DNA of 64,000 nucleotides from Eledone cirrhosa (GCA_964016885.1 OZ024740.1:164238001-164302000); one strand, 5' to 3'. Shown: positions 12,802 to 26,892, counted from the first letter of the stretch. Notes: generated by a model from the sequence alone, not told the origin. Translations and numbers: made by a program.

Positions 12802-13735
12802 CGAAGTATCAATATAACACTAACAGTTTTTTATTTGGAAAGATGTGAGTTTCGAAATCGATCAGCTTACGTTCCGACTCTTGAATCAATAGCTTACCAG
12901 ACTTGTGGGTTCTTGAGACTCCAGTACTGATCGTAACTTGAGCGCGCGTCACTTGTAAATAAAAAAATGAATCGATGTATTGGTACCTCATTCCCGCTTG
13001 TTTTACTCATTAACACTCTGCTTGTTACGGGTAGCGAAACTGGGGAAGAAGCTAACGTAGAATCCCACATCGGTAAACGGATCCACATAAAAGGATCGTA
13101 TGCTCAAACTAAAAGTTATACATCAATACACGCACACACACGCACACGCACACACACGCGAGCGCACTACACACACACACACACACACACGCCTACGCAC
13201 ACACACACATACACACACATACACACACACACACATATGTATATATATATATATATAGTATTAATATATAAGAGAACACAGAATCAGTGTTGTATCATAT
13301 ACATATTTAATTACATATTACATATGTTTCACTATCGATCAGCTTGAGGAACGATCTATTAATGATCGAACCTGACTCTGGAATCGTAAGCTCCTCAGAT
13401 ATGTTTTAACATGTAGACACGTAAAACTTTCTATCTCTGTCCAATATAGAGACAAGACCACAATGGAGAAACAGCAAGAATGTCCAGTAAAGACACACAA
13501 CAAAAAACAAAACAAAAAAAAAACAACGAAAATAAGGAGAGAAAACTAAAAGCAATATTTTCCACGCTTACGAAGCATCTTTGTATTTCGAACCTGGATG
13601 TTTACCTACGCCTTGTGACTGCTCTAATTACAACCCTGTCCAGCCAGAGGATTACCAACGGACGTCGAATATTAGAATACACACACACAGACACACACAC
13701 ACAAACGCACACACACACACACACACACATATATA

Positions 13736-14553
13736 TAATACAAATGAAAGTACAGCATATTCGAAGCTCTAGCCGCAGCTAAGCCAACGAATGCCTTCAG
13801 CAGTGCAGCGAAGCACTCGACAAGGTGTAAACCTCAGAGTAATATCATACAGTTTAAAGGGCTTTGCAAATTGAAGATAGCGACCGGTAATTCAGCCGCG
13901 GAGTTTGTAGCAACGAAAGAACTTACTCGCGAGAAAAAATACATACACATATATATATATATGGTGGCTGCCAACTCGTTTTCGAATACGGCAATTACTT
14001 TATATCCATGTAGGAGAACCCCTACCGATGCGCTGAACGAGTGTGACTTTTTAGTCCAGCCAGCGACTTGAAAACTCTGGTACAAACACTACACTTGTGA
14101 CAATTATTGACACATAGTGCTGGGCCCATGGCACCATGTGACGACAAGTGCATAGAGATCTCCAGATATAAAGCAATGCCTGTGCCGTGAAGCTTTTATA
14201 GTGAGCAAAGGCACTGCACAAAGTCAGTCCCACTCTCTTAACCAAGATGATGTTTACCAAACAGAAGAACAAGTGAACAACATTGGATACCATCAGAGTT
14301 GCAGGTGTTACATCAGAGTTTTCCTTCTCCTAGAATTCTGCCTTGCCAAAGGCTAAGGGGTCATCTCTCCCGGTGACTTTGGATGGCTATTGACTCTTAA
14401 GAGCTCCTTTGCCCTTTGACAGGTTTTGTTTTTAGTCCTGCAGGATGGCCAAAGTCACCCTCCTCACCAAGAAACCTTGGCGGGGTTGCCAGTTTAGTCG
14501 CCAACGACCCGACCATGAGACAGGTTGTACTGGGATACATGTTACCAGGTTTG

Positions 14554-14625
<72 letters not shown>

Positions 14626-15142
14626 CAAACCTGGACCATGACTTCGAAATCATTCAATATCTCAGTTAGGTTTCTGTAAATCCGAAATCAACAAAATCCG
14701 CTTGTAGTGTATACAAGTTAAGTTTCTGGAAGATCGAACAGTGGATTTACTTTCTAAACAGGCTTTCGTTCTGACACAAATCCGGTTGTGATGGCACATA
14801 TTACTCTAAAGGGAGCTAACCCCGGTTTATGGCGGTCAAATTCAAATTATGAGCAATGGAAAAAGTTCCATACACAAACTGAATTAAGCACTCAACCAGA
14901 CCGTTATTAAACAAACATAAATAATTAACAAATCAATGGAATTGTCAAATTAAATTAATCAATTAATCATTAGGTCTAGGAGATAGTAATACAAATGAAA
15001 GTACAGCATATTCGAAGCTCGAGCCGCAGCTAAGCCGACGAATGCCTTCAGCAGTCAGCCAAGCACTCGACAAGGTATAAACCTCAGAGTAATAACATAC
15101 AGTTTAAAGGGCTTTGCAAATTGAAGACAGCGATCGGCAATT

Positions 15143-15146
<4 letters not shown>
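13736..15146. repeat. ~160-bp direct repeat pair (13736-13895 and 14987-15146)
   Basis: TAATACAAATGAAAGTACAGCATATTCGAAGCTC...GGGCTTTGCAAATTGAAGA.AGCGA.CGG.AATTCAGC is present twice with scattered substitutions. Confidence 0.9.
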
Positions 15147-15230
<84 letters not shown>

Positions 15231-15271
15231 GTATATATATATTAAATATAGAAATGGCTTCTACAGGACTA

Positions 15272-15300
15272 AAACTGTTTCATTCGGGAGAAATCATCAG
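15272..15300 (-). ncRNA. Partial hammerhead motif (core plus stem II; stem I not evident)
   Basis: Minus strand: CTGATGA T TTC TCCC GAA T GAAA CAGTT. Confidence 0.5.
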
Positions 15301-15425
15301 GAAAAAAATGTGTATGTTTTTGTTTTGAGGGAGCGGGCACTCAAAGCAAAATCATACACATTTTTTTTAGTCCGTTCCGTTCCACCCAAAATTTCCTAGG
15401 AAATGTTACCTCTTAATCAATTTTT

Positions 15426-15476
15426 GCTGTCTGAAGAAATCACGATATCTATCGTCATTGAAATATGTATAACGGC
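15426..15476 (+). ncRNA. Minimal type-I hammerhead ribozyme motif
   Basis: GCTGT CTGAAGA AATCACGAT ATCT ATCGTCATT GAAA TATGTA TA ACGGC: stem I GCTGT/ACGGC, long stem II, near-palindromic stem III. Confidence 0.8.
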
Positions 15477-15610
15477 TCAATTAATAAAGGACTCTAACAT
15501 CTTCAGCTTTGCATTTTCCTCTTTATTAATAGACACCGTCATCCTTGTTTTAGGAAGTAATATGACGTTGAGTGCTAGAAGTGAATTGCATCCTTGTATA
15601 TCGAATATAT

Positions 15611-15677
<67 letters not shown>

Positions 15678-15934
15678 TATATATAACGAAGGAAATGTGG
15701 TAAGGAACCAGATGGACCATAACGCACCAAAGTACTCAATACTTAGGCACAATTAGCCGTCGAAACGGCTTGAGCTCAGCCGTCGGAGTCCTACTTGTTT
15801 CTCTATATATATATATATATATATATAAGTGGAAGCTTAGTAAAATCGAAGCTTTGGCTGTGGGCAAGCAAAGTCGACCTACAATAGGAATGAGTTAGCA
15901 AAGCCTCAAGAAGGGAGGTCCTTAGAATAATAAC

Positions 15935-16120
15935 TGTTTCTACTTTAGGCACAAGGCCAGCAATAACCCAGTGCATTACTGGTACTTTATTTTATCGACC
16001 CCGTAAGGATGAAAGGCAAAGTCAACCTCGGCGGGATTTGAACTCAGATCGTAAAGGGACGTAACTATGCTGGAAAGCATGGCGTCCGACCCTCTACCGA
16101 TACTGCCAATCCACCGCCCT
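15935..16120 (-). mobile_element. tRNA-derived SINE with 18-bp target-site duplication
   Basis: Copy with both ends, flanked by GGTCCTTAGAATAATAAC at 15917-15934 and 16121-16138. Confidence 0.92.
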
Positions 16121-16565
16121 GGTCCTTAGAATAATAACATACGTTTAAATACCTTGACAAATTGAACATTACGGTAGGCAAAACCCAACGATATATATAT
16201 AATACCAAAATAACGAAAGAACTAACAGGTTAAAAGATACACCTGGACAAATCAAACAATATACGTCTAAACTGTTTCTATGAAATCCGAAATCATTTAT
16301 CCAACTTACGTAACACGCACACTCGTGGTATTCCATGATCGAACAGAGGATTCATATATGTATGTGTGTGTGTGTGTATAGATGTGCACACACACATATA
16401 TTGTATTTCGTGGTGGTGGTTACCACCTTCCTCACTGCCCATACTCTCTTTATATTCCAGCAGATATAATCCATGTTTTGCACCATTAGCCTTAAATTGT
16501 AGTGAAAGGAATTTCTAGATGTTGTTCCAGTTTTATGAGCAAAGAAAACATATAGAACGTATATT

Positions 16566-16566
16566 C

Positions 16567-16630
<64 letters not shown>

Positions 16631-16667
16631 CACCACCACTACTACCACTACCATTACCACAATCACC

Positions 16668-16752
<85 letters not shown>

Positions 16753-16753
16753 T
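16566..16753. repeat. (CTA)n/(CCA)n compound microsatellite
   Basis: Direct reading. Confidence 0.95.
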
Positions 16754-16882
16754 ATCAATTTTAATAATTATAAGAAAAATGAAATAAAAGCAAAAGAAGA
16801 AAATCTATTGTTAAAGAAGAAGTATTGCGAGATGCTACAGAGAATGTTATGTCAACAATGAAGTTTAAATTTAAATAATAAT

Positions 16883-17257
16883 AATTGTTTCTACTTTAGG
16901 CTCAAGGCCAGCAATTTGAAGGGGCGGGGAAAGTCGGTTATATCGACCCTAGTGCATTACTGGTACTTTATTTTACCGACCTCGTAAGGATGAAAGGTAA
17001 AGCTATTCTCGGTGGGATCTGAACTCAGATCGTAAAGGATCGTAACTCTATGCTGTGAAGCATGTTGTCTGAGGCTCTAGCGAAAGGGCCAATCCACTGC
17101 TCTAATAGTATTAATAATCATAATTGTTTTTGCTTTTGGCACAAGGCCAGAAATTATCGCAGTGCATTACTCGTGCTTTATTTTATCGACCCCCGTAAGG
17201 ACGAAAGCCAACGTTTACCCCGGCGGGATTTGAAATCAGACCGTAAAGGACCGTAAC
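16883..17257 (-). mobile_element. Two adjacent SINE copies
   Basis: Family core and B-box present at 16883-17100 and 17122-17257. Confidence 0.85.
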
Positions 17258-17949
17258 TTTTTACGGTCTGAACTACTTGAGACCTTAATGCTGTTTCTAA
17301 ATACTCCAAATTATCAGTAAATATTAAAATATTTTATTAACTGAAATATATGCTTTGAAGATCGTTAATGACAGTGTCATCATAGTTGATTGTCAATGAG
17401 ATTGCCTTTTGGTGTTAATATTAGTATACATTTTATCGAAGGAACCGAATTAGCAGAGTTGTTAGAGAGTCGGGTTAAATGTTGCATAATATTCATCCAA
17501 GCTGTCTCTGTTCTGAGTTCAAATCACACCACAGACACCCTTGCCTTTAATAATTTCGTGGTCTATGAATTGTTTATCAGGCTTGGGTGGTCTGTTAGTC
17601 TATTAGAGCGAGGACACTGGTTCATATCTGTATCTGCCTGTATCGGACTTTGTTTTTCTCTGGAGGACAAAATCCGTGGCATGGAAAAGGGAGACTTGCA
17701 TGTATAGGCCACTGCTGGTATTCCACAAAATACCTTACTTGAGAGGGCAAATCTTTAGGTGCGAAATCCTTAGAATAGAAAAATAAATACAGAAGGAATT
17801 TTACAATGCTACTTAACCACATAACGAGGGAGAATATAGCACTGACCGAATACCTATAGGTTATAAAAGATTTCTTTGTTGCCAAATTATACTATTCAGG
17901 AAATATTACAGAACAGACTCTTCAAGTGTGGCAAAGAAGTAATCCTGGT

Positions 17950-19680
17950 ATTTGCCAACAAATGGTAAGCACAAATTATAAAATGTACAAAGAGATATTA
18001 AAAAACGACAACTACTGAACAGCAAAACATAATGGGATAAATATGAACACAAACTAATACAGCACTATCTACACTACAACATAATTTACTACAACCACGT
18101 ATCACAGAAAAAAAAATGAATACGAAATCAGCACACGATCACACTTCAAGACTAGAGCGACGAAGATACTGTAAAGGAATTTTAAACTTAACACTAGCAT
18201 GTAATACTAATAGGAAAGGACTGTTCAGTTCTAGTGCTAATAAATGAATGTAGTGACCTAGAATACAGATAGACCAAATTAAACAAAAATTGAAATAAAA
18301 ATTGAAGACAGACTACGAACTAGCAACATATTATATAGCATGAAAAACAGAGCTGTAACCACACAAGCTCATTAAAAATAATTACAGAATAGATAAAATG
18401 AAATAGATATAGCGGTCTTAAATTAAATAATGTACGCTACAACGTGTGTATTAACCAGAACAGCAGGAATTGAAATAAGGAAGAAAACTAGAAAACCTAA
18501 AACAGATTCTGTTTGGACATAAAATTTTCCACAGGAGATAAATCGCAGGAAGAAAGATATATCTAGAATCAATGAGATTCAAAACAGTGACATAAAAATG
18601 CCCCTACACACAAGTAATGTTACCTAAAAATGTTGACATTTAAGACAAAAATGTCCGGACATTTTCAAAGAAATATTAATTCAACATTTTAAAACTAAAG
18701 CAAAAGAATACAGATATATGAAAGTTCAACCCATTCAAACAAATGAAATGTAAAATGCTTCGAAAAGATAAACGAAGCTTTAACAGAGTATAGCTTAAAT
18801 GGATAGATATATTTGAAAGTTGCTAAAAATGTTTATATGTTACGTCTAAGAAAGAAAGTGTGTTAGTAGATGGTATATAACAAAGAAAGACAGACTATTT
18901 ACCTGCTATAATATTGGAGAAGTATGTTAAGAAAATGAACTAATGGCGAATATAAAACAGTAAAGAAAATTACAAGAAAAAATTTTAAAATAGGAAATGA
19001 TGTAAAACAGGAAATATTATATAGACTGTTTTTTAGACAGAATATATAGTAGGAGCAGAAAGGTGCTACTGACTGATCCCAAATATACAGAAATAACATT
19101 GTTAATGCACAACTAGCCACAAGAGAGCAATATAAGCACATTTGCGGCAAATTAGGCAGAACTAACAAAAACATAATATGAGAACATAGCAAATGGTATA
19201 AAACTAATTTTAAATACGATAAAGTCAGACAAGGTTTAATTTGGATTCAAAATCAATGTAGAATTAGATGGTCGTAAAAATGACTTGTAGTGTGTGGAAT
19301 GCCCCTGTGTAAATTGACTATGAAATAAAAACACAGAGACTAGATACTATCATAATAACGGAAAAAACAACAAAAAACACTGAATGCAAGATCATAGAAT
19401 TGAATATATCGCATAATAGCTGTGACGAAATAAAAGTAAAAGTAAAAAGATTGAAAAGTATCTGGATTCGGTTACAGAACTGTGAAAACTATGGAAAATA
19501 TAAGTGAAAGTTGTCCATGTTTTCATAGGAACACTTGCAACAACACCAAGACAGCTGTTTATGAGCAATTGAGTGACATTAGAAGGGTACGGTGGGGCTA
19601 CATAGAGATGTTGAAATCTGTCATTGTTCAAAGTTCCTTCACGGAAGAGATTGCTTGTTACTAAATATCTTAGAATGACT
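17950..19680 (+). mobile_element. Heavily decayed R4/Dong-like non-LTR retrotransposon
   Basis: From 19447: KIEKYLDSVTEL*KLWKI*VKVVHVFIGTLATTPRQL, resembling the restriction-like endonuclease tail K..KY.DL..EL..LW...V.V.P..IG.LG..P; the upstream boundary is a guess from A-rich decayed sequence. Confidence 0.5.
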
Positions 19681-19801
19681 ACACTGACATGGTCAATGTT
19701 TTATACAAAGAACAATAACACGGAAACATACATACATACAGATACACGCACACACATATATATTGCGGCTAAAACTTTGATTTATTCCTATTATAAAAGT
19801 C

Positions 19802-20069
19802 AGCTCAAAAGTCACACAGAGGAGACTGAGGTTAGCTGGACATGCTCACCGACATCCAGAGTTGATATTGCACTCAGTGCTCCTGTGGGAGACCCTACAT
19901 GGACACACTGGAAGAGGAAGACCAAGGTTAACGTATGTTGATGCCCTAAGGACATACACTGGTCTGTTGGAGACGCGGGATATAGCAGCGATAATGAGGG
20001 ACAGAGACCGCTGGAGAGAACTCGTCCATAGATCTCGGGAATTTTACCCGCCCTAGAAAAAAAAAAAAA

Positions 20070-20070
<1 letters not shown>
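19802..20070 (+). mobile_element. RTE-clade LINE 3' end
   Basis: RRLRLAGHAHRHPELILHSVLLWETLHGHTGRGRPRLTYVD...MRDRDRWRELV, followed by an A-run. Confidence 0.85.
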
Positions 20071-20103
<33 letters not shown>

Positions 20104-20157
20104 AAAAATATATATATAAAAAATATATATATAAAAAATATATATATAAAAAAATAT

Positions 20158-20188
<31 letters not shown>

Positions 20189-20189
20189 A

Positions 20190-20233
<44 letters not shown>

Positions 20234-20237
20234 AAAA

Positions 20238-20305
<68 letters not shown>

Positions 20306-20377
20306 AAAAGGTAAACAGAAATAACAAAGCAAACGATACAGAACATTGAAGAAATATATTATATATATATATATGAA

Positions 20378-20700
20378 GGCACATGATTTAATAGTTAGAG
20401 CGTTGGGCTTACAATTATGGAGTTGTGAGTTCGATTCCCGGAACGAGCAGTGTGTTGTGTTCTTGAGGAAGACACTTTATTTCACGTTACTCCAGTTTAC
20501 TCAGCTCTAGAAATGGGTTGCCACATCACTGGTGCCAAGCTGTATCGGCCTTTCCTTTGGACACCATCGGTGATGTGGAGAGGGGAGACTGGTATGCATT
20601 GGAGACTGCTGGTCTTCCACAAGCAACCTTGCTCGGACTTGTGCCTAAAAGTGCAACTTTCTAGGTGCAAATCCCATGGTCACTCGTGACCGAAAGAGAT
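20378..20700 (+). mobile_element. Second tRNA-derived SINE family
   Basis: tRNA-like head with B-box GAGTTCGATTCC, followed by GTGTTGTGTTCTTGAGGAAGACACTTTATTTCAC...ACTCAGCT central domain. Confidence 0.75.
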
Positions 20701-20780
20701 CTTTATCCTCGCGCTCTCTCGCTCTCTCTCTCTCTCTCTGTATATATATATACATATATTGAGAGAAAGAGAGGGAGAGA

Positions 20781-20837
20781 GAGTCTTTTCTGATGACCTT
20801 TTGAGTATACAGACGAAATTCCAGAGTAACAAGACTC
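20781..20837 (+). ncRNA. Degenerate hammerhead motif
   Basis: GAGTCTTTT CTGATGA ... GAAA TTCCAGAG TA ACAAGACTC: stem I 8 of 9 paired, core intact, stem II weak. Confidence 0.6.
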
Positions 20838-21293
20838 ATCACTTAGCCATAATAAAGAATATGAATGTTCATTTGTGCATGCCTGATGTATAAGTTTTAC
20901 TTTTGCACCTTCTCTTTAGTGATTATTCAGAATTAAATCCATGCAGTTAGTCGATGTTTGCAGCAGTTCATGTTTGTACTTGTCTACTCCCTCCTCTGAT
21001 AGAAGTACTAGTTTATTTTATGCGCGTAAATATCAAGTCCAATGTGAGATCCCCTTTGCAATTAATATAAAATTGTATATATTTTAACCATTTCTCAAGT
21101 GTAGAATATAATTAGGCGAAGGAGAGATAGAGTAATAGATTGCCTCTCTAAACTCAATTCATGAACATAATTTTGTTTTCCAACTATTAAATTTTCACTC
21201 GTATACTTACATTTTAGCTTCTTCCAGTTCATCAGTAGAGGTTTGTATAACATAGAATTTAATAGTTTATTTGATTCAAAGAATAATTACATA

Positions 21294-21363
<70 letters not shown>

Positions 21364-22642
21364 TGGTCAAAAGTATATAGTTAGAGGGCATAACATCATC
21401 AGATAAGCGCATGTTTAAAGAGGATAAAATTACAAGACTTACTTCTTTCGTACATTTAATGACTTGTTCGGAATTAAATACATTTTATTGCTGCAAATCA
21501 AAGTTTACAGCATGTGACAATTGCACACATTTCTATGATTTCACTGATAGGAGAACCGCCAGACTAATTTATGAGCGTAAAATCTGTAAACTTTGACCTA
21601 AAGCAGTTAGAAAATTGATTTGGTATCTTTTTACTACAGGTCCTATTATCTTCACCTATATCGATATTAAAAAACCCTGATAAATGATAAATGTTATTTT
21701 TCATTAGACAAACTAAACAAAACGTTTTATGGATCAGGTTGCAGAACATCATGCAGACCCTAGTGTATTACTGATATATATTTCCATTACAACAACAATG
21801 ACATTACCAGAGCTAACATCAATTCAACCTCATCAACAATCGATATCAAAGAAAACCGAGGTTGTTGCTTCAACAGCTAGAAATAATAGTCATATCACCC
21901 TATAATTACATTGAGAATTTACTGAATGATATAGTCTTAAACACACCATGCCTGAATAAAAGGCTGGTTGGTCATGAATGGAATGTCATTGATCATAACC
22001 TGGGACTAAACAACAACAGTGAACACTCACACACACTTGCATGCCTACACCGTTTCAATAAGTACCCTAATCAACGACACATCGGCGTCTAAACTACCGA
22101 CACAACATATCACCCGGTCACGTATAACACCACCGTCCACACATTAACATAAGCCTCACCCCTACCAAAATCTTTATTATCATCTATAACACAGCCTCAA
22201 ACATTACCAGAAACGACAACTATAACAGCACAGATATTACTACCATCTCTCCCACCACTATCAAAATAACGGCCGCCATCACCATTTGTAATTCTATGCA
22301 AATAAATCGACAAATATTTCCATTAATTCATATTTTGGTTCAATTTTATACCGTTGCTATTTCTCTATTTTATCATAGGAAATAAATTAGCTGCTAATGG
22401 AAGGAAATAGCGTTGAATAATGGAAACACGTTATATGCTGGTTAATCGAATTGATGCAAGGATAAAAGAGAAGAAAAATGGCGGAAGAAATGTAGTATGG
22501 TTAATATTATATCAACTCTTAATATCTAAAGAATACATACGTTCGAACATACATGCATACACACACACACACATATACATACATACATTTGTACGTGTAT
22601 GCATGCATACATAGATAATATGTATGTATGTATGTATGAATG

Positions 22643-22687
<45 letters not shown>

Positions 22688-22737
22688 GTATATATGTACA
22701 TACACACACACATATATATATATGTATATATGTACAT

Positions 22738-22782
<45 letters not shown>

Positions 22783-22921
22783 AAGAAAAGGTTAGAATAT
22801 GTATGTTTATAAATGTATATACAGTATGTATATATAATTGTATAGATATGTATATGTACACATACACGCCCATGTATATATTTATATATATATATATGTG
22901 TGTATGTGTGTGTGTGTGTGT

Positions 22922-22962
<41 letters not shown>

Positions 22963-23210
22963 TGTGTGTGTGATCGTGTGATCCTGCTTTTGCACAGTCA
23001 AGGCCGAAGAGCGGTACTCTTGACCTTTATTTGTTTGGTCGGTGAATGGGAGGAAGAAACCATCAGTTAACGAGTGATCCAAAAATTAGAAGACCTGCTT
23101 TGAATTCTAGTATTTCAGTGAAATTGACTAAAGACATCTAAGTTTCAGGTGATAGTTTTAAACTCGACAATGTTTTAAGAGAAAGGCTTATCATTATTAT
23201 TATTTTGTCT

Positions 23211-23632
23211 AGGGCGGTGAATTGGTAGTATGTGTAGAGGGTCGAACGCCTTGCTTTGACGCATAGAGTTACGACCCTTGCCATTCTGAGTTCAAATCCC
23301 GCCGAGGTTAACTTTGCCTTTCATCCTTACGGGTTCGATAGAATAAAGTACCAGTAATGTACTGGTTAATTGCTGGCCTTGTGCCAATAGTAGAAACAAG
23401 TATTCTTATTATGTCTTAGAGCGGTGAATTGGCAGTGTCGGCAGAGCGTCGGACACAATTCTTTGCGGTATTTCGTTATGTGTTTCTACGTTGCGAGTTC
23501 AAATTTCGTCGAGGTTATACTTACTCTTGATTCTTCGGGTGGATAAAATAAAATATTTAATTTTTGAGGTCGATATAATTGATTTCCTCTTTCCTCCAAA
23601 TTGATGGTCTTATCCAAAGATAGAGAGAATTG
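23211..23632 (+). mobile_element. Two tandem SINE copies
   Basis: GCGGTGAATTGG head, GAGTTCAAAT B-box and family core, twice. Confidence 0.85.
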
Positions 23633-24239
23633 TTTTCATTTTGTCTACTTTGTCAGAGGATGATAGTGTCAATAGAAATAACTATCAGTAAAACACGAGG
23701 GTGTATGTAATGGTGTACAACTTAATCCATACAAAAATTTAATCATTATGTTTTATTATTTCATATCAAGCCGAGTTCAACTCTCTGTTTTATTTATTGT
23801 TTTCGAATGGAGGCAATAATGTACCAGTCAAGTACGAGGGAACTTGTATCCACTGTTCTTCGTCATCTGTTTATTTAAGAAATTATTTATTTAGGAATTA
23901 GTGAGCTCTTTAGAAGAGGAGTCTATTCAAGCAACACTAATTCAATTCAATCACATCAACCAGCAATGTCAACTTTCAACACTGACGATAAGCCTGCATG
24001 GAAACTTCTATATCGTCCTTCGACTTGGGAAGAATAGAAGCTAAATCTTACTCTTGTTAGAATATGGTATGGACCCGTAAATCCTTAACAGTCGTAGGGA
24101 CGCCATATTGACATACGGCGTGTCTTGTGCTTTCTTTTAAAAATCTGGTGGAGCCTCTCCAAGCCTGAATACAGATTTCTTCCAGAGAAGGATAGAGAAT
24201 GTGAGAGAAAGGAAGTGAGAAAGAGGTATAGAGGAAGAA

Positions 24240-24382
24240 TCGACCCCAGTACTTGACTGGTACCTTTTTTTATCGCCCATGAACGGATGAAAGGCGGGAT
24301 TTGAACTCAGAGAGCTGAGAGCTGAAACGAATACTACAAAGCATTCTACCCGACGCTCTAACGACTCTGCCTATTCACCGCC
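24240..24382 (-). mobile_element. SINE copy
   Basis: GGATGAAAGGCGGGATTTGAACTCAG...ACGCTCTAACGACTCTGCC.ATTCACCGCC. Confidence 0.8.
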
Positions 24383-24539
24383 TTTTTGATAGAATATATC
24401 GTTTTACAAAAATAAAAAGAACAGATTGGACTATCTAATCCTGCGTATACTAAGTCATTCGACTATAGGATTACTTGAAATTGTCTGGTCGGGGAATTAA
24501 CTGCGCCATAATCCCTGTCATGTTGTGTCGACCACTCTC

Positions 24540-24700
24540 GAGCCCTTCGATATACACCATCCCCGGATTGGAGTTTCTGCCGCAAAATTGGGAGAAATAC
24601 ATCACAGATGAGGAAAGAGATTCATGAGGGGGAATGGCTGATGCAGTGGGTGTCACTGGCTGTCCTCCGCGGCAATGCTTTCGTCGCCAGGGTGGAGCTG
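24540..24700 (+). mobile_element. 3' fragment of a CRE-like retrotransposon
   Basis: A frame not in the ORF track reads HEGEWLMQWVSLAVLRGNAFVAR. Confidence 0.65.
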
Positions 24701-24948
24701 AGACATGCCACATAGACGGGAGGGTAGAATTTGCTCTCATTTCACCCTTTCCTGTTTCTCTCCTCTTCATTATCCAAAGTTTTTCTTTCTTCATGTTTAT
24801 TATGCGAAATATATATGTAAATACGATTTGTCTCTGTTTTCTCTACTTTGTCATTCCTTTCATTCATATGTGGAGGAAAAGCATGAACATCACATGATCA
24901 CACATTTCTTACTTCTCTCAGACATGGGATGGTTATTTGTGTGTATAC

Positions 24949-25040
<92 letters not shown>

Positions 25041-25233
25041 TTGCACGTATCATTCACATTCAAAGCATCGACTAACTTACGTATTACGTAATTATATAAT
25101 TACAGAGAGAGGCTAGCAAGAGTCTGTGTGAATAAATCAAAGATAAATACATAGATAGAAAGAAAGAAGGCAAAAGAAAGAAATCAAATAAACATTAAAT
25201 AAGGAATAGAAGAGTAGAAGAAAGGAAGGAAGA

Positions 25234-25415
25234 AAGAAAAAAGAAAGAAAAAAGAAAGAAAAAAGAAAGAAAAAAGAAAGAAAAAAGAAAGAAAAAAGAA
25301 AGAAAAAAGAAAGAAAAAAGAAAGAAAAAAGAAAGAAAAAAGAAAGAAAAAAGAAAGAAAAAAGAAAGAAAAAAGAAAGAAAAAAGAAAGAAAAAAGAAA
25401 GAAAAAAGAAAGAAA
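25234..25415. repeat. 11-bp tandem repeat (GAAAAAAGAAA)n
   Basis: About 16 perfect units. Confidence 0.95.
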
Positions 25416-25435
25416 ATATGAAGGCAGGAAATAAA

Positions 25436-25620
25436 TAATTGTTTCTACATTTGGCACATGGCCAGCAATTCTAGTGTATTACTGGTACTTTATTTTATCG
25501 ACCCCGTAAGGATGAAAGGCAAAGTTAACCTCGGCGGGATTTGAACTCAGACCATAAAGGGACGTAACTCTTTGCTGAAAAGCATGGCGTCCGACCCTCT
25601 ACCAATGCTGCCAATCCACC
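25436..25620 (-). mobile_element. SINE copy
   Basis: Near-identical to 28200-28387. Confidence 0.9.
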
Positions 25621-26889
25621 ATAATAATGGTTGAAACAAACAACAACCAAAAAGATGCTGGGAGAGAGAGAGAGGGAGAGAGAGAGAAGTGTGTGTGAGA
25701 GGGTGAGAGAGAGACGGAGGGAGGTGGGAGAGGGTGAGAATAAGAGAGAGAGAGAGAGAGGAGAGAGGGAGAGAGAGAAGTGTGTGAGAGGGGGAGAATG
25801 AGAGAGAGGTATGAGAGGTATGAGAGGTATGAGAGGTATGAGAGGGTGAAAATAAGAGAGAGAAAGAGGAGGGAGAGAGAGATGGAGGGAGGTGTGTGAG
25901 GGTGAGAATAAGAGAGAGAAAGAGAGGGGGAGAGAGATAGAGGGAGGTGTGAGAGGGTGAGAATAAGAGAGAAATAGTAAATTAGAGTAAAAACGGTGCT
26001 CCTTTCGCAATGTAGAGTGATTAAGCATAAACAATTGTTTGAGTCCAACAGCACAGCCCATGTATAATTCCTATTTGGTGAATAAAACTAGATGACAGCA
26101 ATGACAAAAATAACAAAGAGCTATTTTAACAAATCATTGCAGAAAGTTATAGTCGGGAAGAAAGAAAATAACAAGCATTGCGAAAATGAACAACACAAAA
26201 CTAATCCCAAAACGAAAAATAATGTATTCTTGTTTTGTTTTGTTCTATGTGCTTTTGTTGAGTATTTACGCAAGACAAAAGATGCGTGTAGGATGAAGAA
26301 TGGAATGGTGTGTGAAATATGCGCATTAAGGAATGTATTTTCCTACGAATAGCTATGCTCTGACGATCTTTAGTAAACTGGTCATAAAATTCTTTTTCTC
26401 ACTTCTCTGTAGAGTTATTAACATTATACGTTAACAGAGCATTCTTTCGATGGTTCGCCAATGAAGAATGGGCAGCGTAGTTTAATACAAACGACTTTTT
26501 GCCATGTGGAAATAATATCGCTCCCAGCGATGCATGATGTCACTTCTCTCACTGGCGTCGTTGCACATCCATCGTATTACGATGTTTTCATCATCATCAT
26601 AATCATCACCACAGGCAATTTCGTTGTTGACATCACCATCTCCGTAATCATTGTCATTTATCAACATCACCATGATATTTTTCGACGTAGTCATCTTCGT
26701 CATCATCGTGATCATTATCATAGTTCGCCATCATTATTCATTATTAATATGTCCGTCACTATCATTATCATCATCCCCGTGCCCACTAGCAGCACCATCA
26801 CCACCGCCACCATCAGCGTTAACAGCACAGCTATCACCGTCACAAACATCTACACCCGCACCGTTACCAGCAGCAGCTGTATGTTCACT

Positions 26890-26892
26890 AAC

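Noticed and set aside
13338-13395. TTGAGGA..GATC/GATC..GAA..GTA AGCT hammerhead-like string
   Set aside because: Both core halves deviate and stem III does not pair
15733-15790. GAAACGGCT..AGCCGTC stem III with a GUC triplet
   Set aside because: No CTGANGA upstream; at best a dead remnant
21441-21598. Minus-strand segment bounded by AG and GTAAGT splice-like signals
   Set aside because: All three frames contain stop codons
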